Counted from the stretch's first letter, positions 49,253-59,377 are shown. The stretch is 64,000 bases of DNA from Planctomycetota bacterium (GCA_045863855.1 BTVV01000024.1:1-64000), one strand, 5' to 3'. Notes: generated from the sequence alone by a model not told the origin. Translations and numbers: made by a program.

Positions 49253-49963
49253 ATGCAGACGCCAGAATGGATCGCTCGCTGTATACCTGCCCACGAGGCG
49301 GTGTTAGACCTTGGCGTGCTCGTTTGGGACTCGTGGTACGTCGGCCCTGAAAACGACTTCTCGAAAGAAAAGTGGAAGGAGTTGCGGACGCCCCTATACA
49401 GGCCGCAGGTTGCCCATCGCGACATTCGTAAGCAATGCAAATCCCTCGATAGTTGGATGCCTGACATTCAATATATTTCTATAGCAACTGCAACCCCAAG
49501 CGATCTCGAAGAGGTTCGGCGTTATTGTTCCGATCTGCTCCGGATTATGGCTGCGCATGGACAACAGATTCGCACATCTAACACGCAATTTCACCTCAGG
49601 CTAGCAGTTTTTGTTTCCGACGACCTTTCTATCGATTGGCCTTGGGATTGGACTTGGAACGAGATTCAAAATGTACTGAACGCGCTCGCATCCCCAATGC
49701 CGATTATCGGGATCGTTTATAACGAATTGGAGCAAGGGTGGCGGGTAGAGATATTCGCGTCGCAGACGAACTTATTCATGCGTGAAAGCGACTACGACAC
49801 CGGTGAAGAGCGCCGGCTGATCGCGTGCAATCGAGAATCAATCGTACAGCAAGCTTCCCGACTAAAAGCCGGTATTCCGGCCAAGCTGGTTCTTCTCGAA
49901 GAGGGCTTGAATCAACAGGGTCTGTTTGGATGTCAAGCCACAGGTAGCCCACATAAACCGTAG
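49253..49963 (+). CDS. Hypothetical protein (lower GC)
   Basis: 236-aa ORF, GAAGGA RBS. Confidence 0.55.
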   Translation: MQTPEWIARCIPAHEAVLDLGVLVWDSWYVGPENDFSKEKWKELRTPLYRPQVAHRDIRKQCKSLDSWMPDIQYISIATATPSDLEEVRRYCSDLLRIMAAHGQQIRTSNTQFHLRLAVFVSDDLSIDWPWDWTWNEIQNVLNALASPMPIIGIVYNELEQGWRVEIFASQTNLFMRESDYDTGEERRLIACNRESIVQQASRLKAGIPAKLVLLEEGLNQQGLFGCQATGSPHKP

Positions 49964-50025
49964 ATTGTTGTGGCTGCCTAAAGCAAAAGAGGCGCTCCTT
50001 GAGCTATGCTCTTACAGGATTTGTC

Positions 50026-50544
50026 ATGGCTCAGATCCCTTTGGACATCCGGCCCCTCGCGCCTGAAGACTGGGACGCGTTGGGCGAGGCCTACCGGGCC
50101 GCTTCTCTAGTGGAAATGAAGCTCAGCGGGCGCGATCCCGCGTCGTTCAAATCCCTCTCCGAGGAAGAAGATCCGGAGAAGTTTGCGCTCACGAGTTCCG
50201 CGATCGTAGCTTGGGTGGATGGACGGCGGGTAGGCTTCGCGGCTTGGCGGGATCGCGGGGCATGGAAAGGCGGCGGTTACCTGTCCTTCCTATATGTACA
50301 TCCCGACTGGCACCGCAGAGGCATCGGCGATCAACTCCTTAAGAGAGCCCTGGAAGCCCTGGGGCCGCAAGCTTGGACGCTCACGCCCGCCGGGAACCTG
50401 CCGGCCATCAAGCTGTACCAAAAGCACGGCATGCAGATCGTGAAGGCCCCGGCTCCGGGCAACACCCACGGCAATGTTCGGCTGGCGTTGCCCACGAGCC
50501 GGAAATCAGATCCTAGCGTGCCGGACTTTGGGATTGGAACGTAA
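50026..50544 (+). CDS. GNAT family N-acetyltransferase
   Basis: LYVHPDWHRRGIG, N.PA..LYQKHG. Confidence 0.88.
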   Translation: MAQIPLDIRPLAPEDWDALGEAYRAASLVEMKLSGRDPASFKSLSEEEDPEKFALTSSAIVAWVDGRRVGFAAWRDRGAWKGGGYLSFLYVHPDWHRRGIGDQLLKRALEALGPQAWTLTPAGNLPAIKLYQKHGMQIVKAPAPGNTHGNVRLALPTSRKSDPSVPDFGIGT

Positions 50545-50699
50545 GGGCGTGGAAAGGGTACAAGAAGCGTTTCTCAATGGAGCCTCAGCGGATACGCTGG
50601 CTTCGAATGGGTCTAGCCGCTTTGGAACGCAAGCTTAACCACACCAACATTGGGTTTGTGTGTACTACCCGAGTATAGGCAAGCAACCGAAACTAAAAT

Positions 50700-51167
50700 A
50701 TGAGTTCATCCATGCATTATCAGACAAACCACACAGCTAAATTCTGGCTGCAGCGATTCGGTACACCTCGGTGTGCACGCAACTACCACTATTATGCCTA
50801 TGAATACCTTGACGAACTGTCATTTCTTCCCTCTGCCCTCAAGGTGTTTAACGGCTGGCGTTGCGCTCCGAAGCTATTGAAGGAAGTTTCTCTCGAACTT
50901 AGAAAGCGGGGCTGGCAAGGCACCGGAGCGTTTCAAATGCTTTGGCTACCGCCCTTCGTTGGAGCGGGCGAAAAGGACAACTTTGGCTGTTACGTCCTGC
51001 ATGTGAAGCAACGCAACGACGGCATTTCGTGGCTCGCTTCGCCTGTTACCTTGCCTTTTCACAGATTATTTCAGCCCGATGCCGCTGTGTATCCACCGCC
51101 AGACCCAACCGACCCCAAGACGAAGTTGCGTCGCATGGGCGGCGTGCGCTGGCTAAGTGACCTGTAG
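50700..51167 (+). CDS. Hypothetical protein
   Basis: 155-aa ORF; GW.G.G....WLPPF...HVKQ.N.G.S.LASP pattern. Confidence 0.6.
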   Translation: MSSSMHYQTNHTAKFWLQRFGTPRCARNYHYYAYEYLDELSFLPSALKVFNGWRCAPKLLKEVSLELRKRGWQGTGAFQMLWLPPFVGAGEKDNFGCYVLHVKQRNDGISWLASPVTLPFHRLFQPDAAVYPPPDPTDPKTKLRRMGGVRWLSDL

Positions 51168-51233
51168 AGTGACAGCTGGGTTGGATTTCAGCAGGATGAA
51201 TAAGGCTGCACTTTCAAACTCGGAGGAGATGCT

Positions 51234-51584
51234 ATGAATTACATGCCGGCCGTAGAGTCAATGAATCGAGTCGGCGCCGGGCGGCTGGACGAAAAGCGCA
51301 CCGCTATACTTTTTGACAAGATTAAGTCTGCCGGCTCAGTTCAATACTCTTTCCTTTTTATGGTATTCGACAACGAGACGCAGGAGCCCGTTTTCTGTGT
51401 ATCTTCCGAGGTCAATGCGATGCAGGCATCATTCGGCGGAGGCACGCATTTCCTAGGCGTATTCGATGGGGCCGGACATGCCAATCACGGCTCTTCGGAC
51501 GATTGGGGCGATCCCCGGAAGTTTTTCCAAGAGGCGCTTCGCCTTGCCTCCGAGAAATTCAGCGTGCCTCAAAAGGGTAGGTAA
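51234..51584 (+). CDS. Hypothetical protein
   Basis: 116-aa ORF with GGAGGAG RBS. Confidence 0.65.
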   Translation: MNYMPAVESMNRVGAGRLDEKRTAILFDKIKSAGSVQYSFLFMVFDNETQEPVFCVSSEVNAMQASFGGGTHFLGVFDGAGHANHGSSDDWGDPRKFFQEALRLASEKFSVPQKGR

Positions 51585-51638
51585 TACGATCCAGGCTTGT
51601 ATGGGTATTATGCCGTCATTCACCCCCAAGGACTTCCC

Positions 51639-52040
51639 ATGACCCCCACCGCGATCTCCGGCATCGCGCCCTTCTTCATCGTCCGCGACGTGCCCACGGC
51701 GCTCGCGTTCTACCGCGACAAGCTGGGCTTCGAGATCACGTTCCAAGGGCCGCCGGACGATATCTTCTTCGGCATCGTACGCCGGGGCGGCGCGATGATC
51801 CTCTTCAAGGCCATCGGTGTGGAGCCCGTGCCGAACTACACGCGCGACATTAAGCAGGGCATCGCGCGCTGGGACGCCTTCGTCAGCGTTCCCGATCCCG
51901 ACGCGCTTGCCGCGGAATTCGCTTCCCGCCAAGTCGCCTTCTTCCAACCGCTTTCGACGAACACGGAAGACGGCCTGCGCGGGTTCGAAGTGCAGGATCT
52001 CGACGGGTATCTGCTTTTCTTCGGCCGGCCGGAGCGATAA
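51639..52040 (+). CDS. VOC family (bleomycin resistance-like) protein
   Basis: P.F.VRDV..ALAFYRDKLGF, GLRGFEVQD.DGY.LFFG. Confidence 0.88.
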   Translation: MTPTAISGIAPFFIVRDVPTALAFYRDKLGFEITFQGPPDDIFFGIVRRGGAMILFKAIGVEPVPNYTRDIKQGIARWDAFVSVPDPDALAAEFASRQVAFFQPLSTNTEDGLRGFEVQDLDGYLLFFGRPER

Positions 52041-52276
52041 ACGGGCGGCGGCGTCACGCAAAAGAGTACGACGTTAAAGTCGACCCACTTCGCGACGGCC
52101 GCTTCGGGTTGCATCCCCCATTCCTCGGCGGGTCGGTCCGCCGAGGCTTCGCCAGAGCCGGGAAGGATGCGCCATGTCATTCAAACTCGCCCCGCCCGCG
52201 ATGCTCAAAGGAGCGCGTACCGGACGAAGAGCCGCTAACCGAAAGCGCCCAGCGCATGATTCCGGCGAGGACCGGC

Positions 52277-52300
52277 AACGGGAAACGGGAAACGGGAAAC
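52277..52300 (+). repeat. Heptamer tandem repeat (AACGGGA)3
   Basis: Three exact units plus a partial one, just past the stop of the convergent hydrolase. Confidence 0.7.
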
Positions 52301-52304
52301 CGAC

Positions 52305-53216
52305 CTACGCCTTCAACCACTTCCTGAACCAGCGTGTCGCTTTGGCATACATCACCGTGCTGAACGTGTGCCCGGCGTCTTCTGCATGATGTGCAAAACG
52401 GTCTCGAGCGCCGGCCTTTTTATAGTAGTTTGATAGCACTTTCAAGCCTACTTGCAGATCTTCGAATTTACAGGTCGTATCATGCTTTCCACCCATGACC
52501 AGCAACGGGCGCGGCGCGGCCAAGCCGTACACTTCGGGCAGCTCCATGTGCGCGTACAACCCCGGCACGTAGTGAATCGCCGGGACGCGTTCGCCGCGCC
52601 GAAAAGTCCCTTCGTAAGTCCGCATCCCGCAGGAGATTACGCCGCAGGCGATGCGCGGCTCCAGCCCCATCGCCATGCCCACTTCAAAACCGCCCATCGA
52701 ATGCCCCACCGCGCCGATGCGCCGCGCGTCGATCTCGGGGCGCGTTTCCATAACCTCAAGCGCCCGCTTGATATCCCAGAGCATTAGCTTCGCCAGCGAC
52801 GTTCCCAGCATGCTCTGCTTATCGCGCTCGATCCCGTCGCCGTCCCAGTACGTGCGCCGTTCTTCGAAACAGCGCGCGTCGAAGGCGAAGGTTACAAACC
52901 CTTCCCGCGCAAAGCGTAACGCGTAATTCGCGTGCGCCGATCCGATCCGCCCCACCGCTTCGCTCTTGCCCAATTCGAATTGCCCCGCGTGCTGGTGCAA
53001 GCAGAGGATCGCCGGCGCCGGAGTCTTAAGCTTATGCGGAATCAAGAGATACGCGGGTACCCACTCCCCGGGCAGAGTTTGAAAGCGCACCTTCTCACGG
53101 ACGTAGCCGTCATACTCCGAACGTTCCAGCGTTTCCGTCTGGAGCGGCCCCGCCTTCGGCCACGGCCCGAGACACGCTAAATACTTGCGGCGTAAGGCGC
53201 TCGCACTTTGCGGCAT
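52305..53216 (-). CDS. Alpha/beta hydrolase (dienelactone hydrolase/AXE-like)
   Basis: VPAYLLIP, GHSMGG nucleophile elbow, LAAPRPL, Asp and GH.F. Confidence 0.88.
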   Translation of the reverse strand: MPQSASALRRKYLACLGPWPKAGPLQTETLERSEYDGYVREKVRFQTLPGEWVPAYLLIPHKLKTPAPAILCLHQHAGQFELGKSEAVGRIGSAHANYALRFAREGFVTFAFDARCFEERRTYWDGDGIERDKQSMLGTSLAKLMLWDIKRALEVMETRPEIDARRIGAVGHSMGGFEVGMAMGLEPRIACGVISCGMRTYEGTFRRGERVPAIHYVPGLYAHMELPEVYGLAAPRPLLVMGGKHDTTCKFEDLQVGLKVLSNYYKKAGARDRFAHHAEDAGHTFSTVMYAKATRWFRKWLKA

Positions 53217-53255
53217 GGACCGCTCCGATTAGTAGTGGATAAGAGCTAGCGAGCG

Positions 53256-54371
53256 TTAACTCTTCGGCGGCGGCGCGCAGGAATCGCGTTCCACAAGCAA
53301 CACCGGCACCACGTGGCGCTGCGCGGGGCCTTTCTCGCCGGCACGGCGCTCGCGGATCTTCCGAGCGGCCCAGCGGCCCATTTCGGCGAAGTCGGCTTTG
53401 CACGTCGTCAGCGTCGGGCGCGTCCAGGTCGCCGGATCGAAGTTCCCGAAACCTGTAAAGCTCATCTGCTGCGGCACTTTGACGCCCGCCTGCTGCGCCA
53501 GCGCGATCAGCTTGATGGCGATGTCGTCGCCTGCGCAGACCCAAGCCGTGGGGCGTTCCGCGGGCGGCAACGCCAGAGCTTGCTCCATGAAGGCTTCCAG
53601 TCCCGCCGCGCCGCGTCCGGGCAGCGCGTAGAACAGGCGCTTCAAATCGGTGTGCCCCGCGGCTTTCATCGCGTCTTCCCAACCCTTGCGGCGGTCCTGC
53701 CAGGCCGGATCGACGTTGATCTTCTGCGGCGGCGGCGGTTCGCCCACGCACGCAATTCGCTTATGCCCAAGCTTTAAGAGATGATCGGTGGCCGAACGAA
53801 TGCCTTGGTAGTTATCGAGGATCGCGTAGTCGCACTTCACTCGCGTGGGCTCGTAGTCGACGATCACCACGGGCACGGGCGAGCGCTTGATCGCCGAAGC
53901 AATGTAGTCTTCGTCAAAGACTTCCAGGAGCACCAAACCGTCCACCCGGTCCCAGGCCAGTTCGTCCAAGTCGGGTCCGGCCATCTTGTTCGCGCCGCCC
54001 GAACGCCCCAACAGCAGCACGTCGCCCTTGGTTTCCTCGCGCAAGCCGTCCAGAATACGGCCGTAGAAACTGTCGGAGCGCAGCCGGTCCGGTGCGGCCG
54101 AATAAAGCACGCCCAGCGTCCCGGTTTCCAAGTGTGCCTTGGGCTCGGCGACGAACGTCCCGCGTCCCTGAACGCGCCGGAGCAACCCTTCGCGCACCAG
54201 CGTCGCCATCGCTTTATTGACGGTCAGACGGTGCACGCCCAGTTGGCGCGCGAGCGCGGTCTCGGCTTCGAGCTTCTCGCCGACCTTCAAACTCCCCGAT
54301 TGAACCTGATCGCGGATCATCTGCTCGATCTGCTCGGCCTTCGTCACCCATTTGATCGATTTATCGGACAA
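53256..54371 (-). CDS. GntR wHTH + LacI-type ligand-binding regulator (AraR-like architecture)
   Basis: G.KL..E..LA..LGV.R.TV.KA...L..EG...R.QGRGTFV; periplasmic-binding-fold C-terminus; TTG 54371 with AGGAGA RBS. Confidence 0.88.
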   Translation of the reverse strand: MSDKSIKWVTKAEQIEQMIRDQVQSGSLKVGEKLEAETALARQLGVHRLTVNKAMATLVREGLLRRVQGRGTFVAEPKAHLETGTLGVLYSAAPDRLRSDSFYGRILDGLREETKGDVLLLGRSGGANKMAGPDLDELAWDRVDGLVLLEVFDEDYIASAIKRSPVPVVIVDYEPTRVKCDYAILDNYQGIRSATDHLLKLGHKRIACVGEPPPPQKINVDPAWQDRRKGWEDAMKAAGHTDLKRLFYALPGRGAAGLEAFMEQALALPPAERPTAWVCAGDDIAIKLIALAQQAGVKVPQQMSFTGFGNFDPATWTRPTLTTCKADFAEMGRWAARKIRERRAGEKGPAQRHVVPVLLVERDSCAPPPKS

Positions 54372-54426
54372 GGTATATCTCCTGCCATAGCAACGAGTTG
54401 CAGGCACATCTAAGGTTCATCGGTCT

Positions 54427-54439
54427 ATGGTCTAGACTT
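54427..54439. promoter_or_regulatory. Candidate GntR-family operator
   Basis: ATGGTCTAGACTT containing the GTCTAGAC palindrome, upstream of the GntR gene. Confidence 0.45.
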
Positions 54440-54483
54440 TATACCCCAGGATCGGCCGGTCGTCTCGAGAAATCTGGCAGAGC

Positions 54484-55506
54484 TTAAAGCCGCGCGAGGA
54501 ATGCGGTGCAAAGCGCCGGGATGGTGGGGGGCAAGGAACTCAGCAGCGCGCAGACAGCGGCCCGCTGCCGCACGCGCGAGTCCGGGGTGAGGTACTCCAG
54601 CGGCGAGCGGCCGGCGACGCGCGCCAGCAGACAACCGAGCGTGTGCCGCACGGCGCAGGCTTCGAGGTCGCCGCGCCACGGAACATCGCCCAGCGCTTTG
54701 AGATAGGAGTTCCAAAAGAGCACCGCCGCGTCCGCGAAGGCAGCTCGTTGCACGGGCAAATGATGCGCTTTGCTTAAGAAATGCGTCAGCGCGAAACCGA
54801 TATCGAAAGCCGGATCGCCCCAGTGAATCACCTCGTGGTCCAGCAACACCAGGCGACCCTTGTGGATAAGGACGTTCTTGGGGCTGTAATCGCCGTGTAC
54901 CAGCGTGAGCGTGCGCGCGCGCGCCGCCGCGATGAGCGCGTGCAGGAAGCCGGCGGCTTCCGGGACGTTTTCGGCCGCGAAGGCGTAATACGGTTCGAGT
55001 CGCAGCGATTCGAAGAAGCTCCGATCGGCGAAGCGCGCGGCAAGTTCGTCGTGTCGTTCGTGCGCGCGGCGCTGAATCGTACCGAGCAACTCGGCGAAAG
55101 CGGCGACGTGGCCGGATTCGAGGCGGCCGGCCAGCAGCAGCTCTTTCCAGTTCTCGTGCGGCTTGGGCACCGCGTACATCGCCAGGAGGTGGACGCCTTC
55201 GTCCTCGAAGGCCAGCGGCGTGATCGTGCCCACGGGGGCCAGTTCGATGAGTGCGCGCAAGCCTTCGGCTTCGCGGTGCACGCGCGCGGGATCGCTGAAC
55301 CAGTCGGCTTTCACGCGCAGTTTGGCGAGCGCCTGCTTAAGGACCAGCGTCTGCCCGAACTCGGGCTCGAAGAGGACCGTCTTGTTGCTGACGCCTCCGG
55401 CCAGGATCTCGATGCGCGGTGTCTCGCCGGGTTCGAGGCGGCCGGCCTCGCGCATGTAAGCGATCAGTTCCTCGGGGCGTTCGATGTCCAGGCCGGCGTC
55501 GGCCAT
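54484..55506 (-). CDS. APH/methylthioribose kinase-like phosphotransferase
   Basis: LAGGVSN, VLKQAL.KLRV..DW, LR.EPY, HGDYSPKN, LLDHE....GDP.FD. Confidence 0.85.
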   Translation of the reverse strand: MADAGLDIERPEELIAYMREAGRLEPGETPRIEILAGGVSNKTVLFEPEFGQTLVLKQALAKLRVKADWFSDPARVHREAEGLRALIELAPVGTITPLAFEDEGVHLLAMYAVPKPHENWKELLLAGRLESGHVAAFAELLGTIQRRAHERHDELAARFADRSFFESLRLEPYYAFAAENVPEAAGFLHALIAAARARTLTLVHGDYSPKNVLIHKGRLVLLDHEVIHWGDPAFDIGFALTHFLSKAHHLPVQRAAFADAAVLFWNSYLKALGDVPWRGDLEACAVRHTLGCLLARVAGRSPLEYLTPDSRVRQRAAVCALLSSLPPTIPALCTAFLARL

Positions 55507-55537
55507 GAGGGGCTCCGCCTGTGCGGCGACCGGCCGA

Positions 55538-56866
55538 TCAGAGCCGGCGCATGACCAAGCCGCTGAGCAGCTTGGGATAGAAGTACGTGGATTTGTGCGG
55601 CATCCGCTCGCCGGTCTCGCTCACCGCGCAGACCTGCTCGATCCGCGTCGGGCGCATCACGACGCCGAAGCCGAATTCACCGCCCGGCGCGACGCGCTTG
55701 AGCACGTCTTCCACGGCTTTGGTGTAAGCGATGGGGCCGCCGGTCTTGGTGTGCTGCTCGGGAACGTCGAGAAGTTTTTTGAGCAGAAGTTCGTGCAGGA
55801 TGGCGACATCCAGCTCGCGCCAGTGGTCGCTCTTGGCCGCGGCCAGGGCCTTCATCTCGGCGGCGACGGCCGGCTTGGCGGTGAGCAGGCGCTTGGCGCC
55901 GTCGGGGAAAACCAAGCCGAAGCGGACCGGCCCGTCGGAGCGTTCGGAGACGGCGTACAGATCCTTGTCGGAGGCCTCGGCAAGTTCGAAGTGCGCGCCG
56001 GTCTTCGCGGCCAGTTCGGCGGCCTTCAGCCCTTGCTTGTGGATGAGGCGGTGCGTGGGCAGGATGAAGAGCCCCGGATCGCTCATCGGCACGCACATCA
56101 TCAGCACAAAGTCGTAGAACTTCTCGGCCTTCAAGTACGGCGTGCTGTCGTTGCGGCGGCGTTCGTCGCGGTAGTTGCAAGCCGTCTCGTAGCGGTGGTG
56201 CCCGTCGGCGATGAAAACCTTGCGCCCGGCGAAGCTCTCCATCAGTTGCTGGCAGATGGCCGGATCGTCCACAGGCCAGAGGCGGTCGGAGATGCCGTGA
56301 TCTTCCTTGATCTCCCATTCGGGCTTCGCGCCGCGCGGCGCTTCCTGCAGCAGCTTATGCAGATCCTTCTCGGGGTCCGGCACCAGCCCGAAGACGGGCG
56401 AAAAGTTCGCGCGGCAGGCGCGCATCAGGTTCAAGCGGTCGGCTTTATGCGACGGAAAGGTCTCTTCGTGCGGGTAAACCGTGCCTTGCCCGAGCGTTTC
56501 GAGCTTCAGCGCGACCAGCACCCCACGGCGAATCAGCGTCTTCTCGACCGCCGGGTGTCCGCTCTTGATCGTGTAGCTCTGTTCGTACACGTAAAACGCC
56601 GGCTTCATGTCTTCGCGGAGCACGCCTTCGCGCAGCCATTTGTCGAGCGTCGTGGCGGAACGCGTGTAGCGGTTGTCGCTGGGGCTGTCGCCGTCGTACT
56701 GGCGACCGAGGATCAGGCGCACGGAGTTATGGGGGCTGGCTCGGTAAAGGGCTTCCTGCTGATCGAAATCGATGACGTCGTAAGGCGGAGCGACGACCGT
56801 ATCCAGCGATCCGTTAATCTTGTGAGGGTTGTAGCGGATGCCGCAGAACGGAATGACCGTCGCCAT
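55538..56866 (-). CDS. DUF1015 family protein
   Basis: PF.G.RY, APPYDVI, PHEET, IADGHHRYE, MPHKSTYFYPKLLSGL; start at MATVIPF. Confidence 0.92.
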   Translation of the reverse strand: MATVIPFCGIRYNPHKINGSLDTVVAPPYDVIDFDQQEALYRASPHNSVRLILGRQYDGDSPSDNRYTRSATTLDKWLREGVLREDMKPAFYVYEQSYTIKSGHPAVEKTLIRRGVLVALKLETLGQGTVYPHEETFPSHKADRLNLMRACRANFSPVFGLVPDPEKDLHKLLQEAPRGAKPEWEIKEDHGISDRLWPVDDPAICQQLMESFAGRKVFIADGHHRYETACNYRDERRRNDSTPYLKAEKFYDFVLMMCVPMSDPGLFILPTHRLIHKQGLKAAELAAKTGAHFELAEASDKDLYAVSERSDGPVRFGLVFPDGAKRLLTAKPAVAAEMKALAAAKSDHWRELDVAILHELLLKKLLDVPEQHTKTGGPIAYTKAVEDVLKRVAPGGEFGFGVVMRPTRIEQVCAVSETGERMPHKSTYFYPKLLSGLVMRRL

Positions 56867-57038
56867 GGAAGTCCCCCAAAAATAAGCGAGCCCACCAGTG
56901 CTGCACTGGTGCAAGATACGGTAAAGATCGGTACGAGTCAACGGGTTACAAGCGTTGGCGCACGGGGGCGCGTGGGGGCACGTGGGACCATGGCAGGGGT
57001 GCACGCAAGGCGTAAGTGTCAAGCGGCCCTGAGGTAGG

Positions 57039-57102
57039 CGTTGAAACGACGTGGAACAGGTATGGAGGGTACGTGGAAAGAATATGGATAGGCTGTGGAT
57101 AA
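57039..57102 (-). promoter_or_regulatory. Array of six DnaA-box-like 9-mers at 11-bp spacing
   Basis: Minus strand: TTATCCACA (57094-57102), CTATCCATA, CTTTCCACG, CCCTCCATA, TGTTCCACG, GTTTCAACG, each separated by 2 nt. Confidence 0.65.
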
Positions 57103-57366
57103 GAATCCGTGTAGCTTTACAACCTATTAGTACCCCTTAGGTTATGTATACGCAGGCGAGATTCAATGCTCATCCGCGGCAATCTCCTGAAGATGGGCAT
57201 CACCGACGTATGCTGCCGTGCGCAACATCCGAGCCCAACCGACAGCGAGGGCGAAAGTTTGAGCGGGGCCAGACGCTGCTCAGCACCACACAAGAAGACG
57301 GCTCTTGCTTCGAGGCACCTGCAGCGCCCGGACACCCGCCCATCCGGGCGATTGCGGCTTCCGGGC

Positions 57367-58197
57367 TTATGCGACCTTGGCCATTTCGGCGTTCAATCCT
57401 TCCTGAACCCAATCGAGCCATGCCATTAGCCGATACGGATAGTCAAAATGACCGTCCGCGCCGAGGGGTGTCAGGTTTACGCATAGTCCGGCCGTTTCCT
57501 GGAGGAATCCATTCCACCGGGGAAAGCGCGCTGCGATGGGCGGCAATACCGCCGTCCACTTGTAAGACTGAAACCGGTGCTGACCCATCAAGAGATAGGC
57601 GCCACCGAGAACGCCCAAACGCGCGAGCTTTCTCAGACGCAGGCGCGGTTCTGCCGGGAGTTTAAACTCCAACGTATCTTCCGGGTGCCGTCCGACCGCG
57701 ACGCGAGCAAGATCCAGCGTCGACTGAAAGGCTTCCGACGCCCAAGCCGGACCGGGCGAAAAAAGGTCCAGCGGACCCGTTATGCCTTGCCCTTCGAGCA
57801 AAGTCGCATCGTATCGCAGTCGATGCATCCAAGCCTCGGTTCGGGTTCGATCGCGTTCGTTGACATCCGCCCTCATGCCCTTAAGCACTTCATCCACGTG
57901 GTGAGGTCGGCTCAGCCCTCCGACTCCCATGAAACTCCCACTCAACTTCTTATTGACCGACCGCAACCAGCCTTCATCTTTCTCCTTGTCCCAAGGATCC
58001 TTAATAAAAATGGCGGTATCCAAATCGGAAACGCCAGGCACCGCTTCGTTGCGATGCACGCTGCCCCAAACGTAGAACGAATGGAGCCTGCTACCCAGAT
58101 ACATGCGGCATTGATCTACGCACTGCCGAGTCACATCACGGAAGTATGGATTTTCGATCGTCCACAACAAATCGCAGGCTGTATCACATGATCTCAA
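57367..58197 (-). CDS. Pol-beta-superfamily nucleotidyltransferase domain protein
   Basis: YVWGSV.R.EA..G.SDLD; start uncertain. Confidence 0.75.
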   Translation of the reverse strand: MRSCDTACDLLWTIENPYFRDVTRQCVDQCRMYLGSRLHSFYVWGSVHRNEAVPGVSDLDTAIFIKDPWDKEKDEGWLRSVNKKLSGSFMGVGGLSRPHHVDEVLKGMRADVNERDRTRTEAWMHRLRYDATLLEGQGITGPLDLFSPGPAWASEAFQSTLDLARVAVGRHPEDTLEFKLPAEPRLRLRKLARLGVLGGAYLLMGQHRFQSYKWTAVLPPIAARFPRWNGFLQETAGLCVNLTPLGADGHFDYPYRLMAWLDWVQEGLNAEMAKVA

Positions 58198-58494
58198 GTG
58201 AGATCCTCCGTATCAGAGACCAAAGCCTCGATACCTGGTATCCCACTACATGGCGGAGCCGAATGGGGGAACGAGAAAGTCTGGCCGAGCGCTGCTGCAG
58301 TCTGGGTGAAGTTACCGCACGCGGACCGTGCTGGAGGAGCGAGCCAGATATCGATGGACAAAAATGGGGTTATTCATAGGGCTCACCTCCTTTCGAGACT
58401 GCCTCTCGCCGACTTGTCATGACATCCTAACTAAGCGAACGACTGGGTTCAACTGTTTTCCGTCGCAACTATTAATGCGCGCGGTGGCAGGCTC

Positions 58495-59256
58495 CTACCC
58501 CCGCATCGCCATTCCGCCGTCCACGCTGTGGCAAGTTCCCGTCACGAAGCCCGAAGCATCGCTGAGCAGATAGCACGTGGCCTTGGCCACATCGTCGGCT
58601 TGGCCGATGCGGCGCAGCGCGAACTGCTTGGAGACGTTCTCGCGGCCCAGGCGTTCGAGGTGCGGGGCGGCCATCTCGGTCTCGGTCCATGCCGGCGCGA
58701 GGCTGTTCACGCGGATCCCGTCGGGGCCCAGTTCGTGGGCCATGCAGCGCGCGAAGATAATCTGTCCGGCCTTGCTGACGCTGTACGCGCTGGCGCCGCC
58801 TCCTCCGCCGCTCTGCCCGGCCGTGGACGTGTAGATCACGATCGAACCGCCCTTTCCGGCCTGGCGCATGTGCCGCGCGGCGGCTTTCACGGCCAGCATC
58901 GTGCCGCGCAGATTGATGCTCATCGTCCGCTCCCAGAACTCCGTATCGAGTTCCTCGATCTTGCGATGCTCGAAGATACCGGAGCTGACGACCATGCCGG
59001 CCAGCGGTCCCAGATCCTTCACCGCCTGATCGACGGCCGCCGCGATGGAGGCGTCTTCCTCGATCTGCGCCGCGTAGGCCTGCGCCGTGCCGTCGGCGGC
59101 CCGGATCTCCTGGACGAGCTTCTCCGCCGCTTCGCGGTTGGCGTTGTAGGTGAGGCTCACGCGCGCGCCGAGTTTCCCCGCTAGGCGAGCGGTCGCCGCG
59201 CCCAAGCCGCGGCTGCCTCCGGCGATGAAGATGTGGCGGCCAGTGAGTTCGAACAT
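58495..59256 (-). CDS. Short-chain dehydrogenase/reductase
   Basis: GGSRGLG, YSVSK. Confidence 0.9.
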   Translation of the reverse strand: MFELTGRHIFIAGGSRGLGAATARLAGKLGARVSLTYNANREAAEKLVQEIRAADGTAQAYAAQIEEDASIAAAVDQAVKDLGPLAGMVVSSGIFEHRKIEELDTEFWERTMSINLRGTMLAVKAAARHMRQAGKGGSIVIYTSTAGQSGGGGGASAYSVSKAGQIIFARCMAHELGPDGIRVNSLAPAWTETEMAAPHLERLGRENVSKQFALRRIGQADDVAKATCYLLSDASGFVTGTCHSVDGGMAMRG

Positions 59257-59377
59257 GCGCGGCTCCCTTGAGTTTTAACGTCTATTCGCCACGGAGTGCA
59301 CAGAGCACACGGCGAAAGGCGATTGTCATTAATCTGCCTTTGCCTGCTCCACGCTCTCCGCGTGCTCTGCGATGATG

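Noticed and set aside
48128..51640. Integron cassette array
   Set aside because: No consistent RYYYAAC...GTTRRRY attC structures after stop codons and no intI; only isolated hairpins.
59288..59372. Structured ncRNA between SDR and PhyH genes
   Set aside because: Degenerate CACAGAG/CTCTGCG-type inverted short repeats look like an intergenic REP-like hairpin, with no recognisable RNA family.
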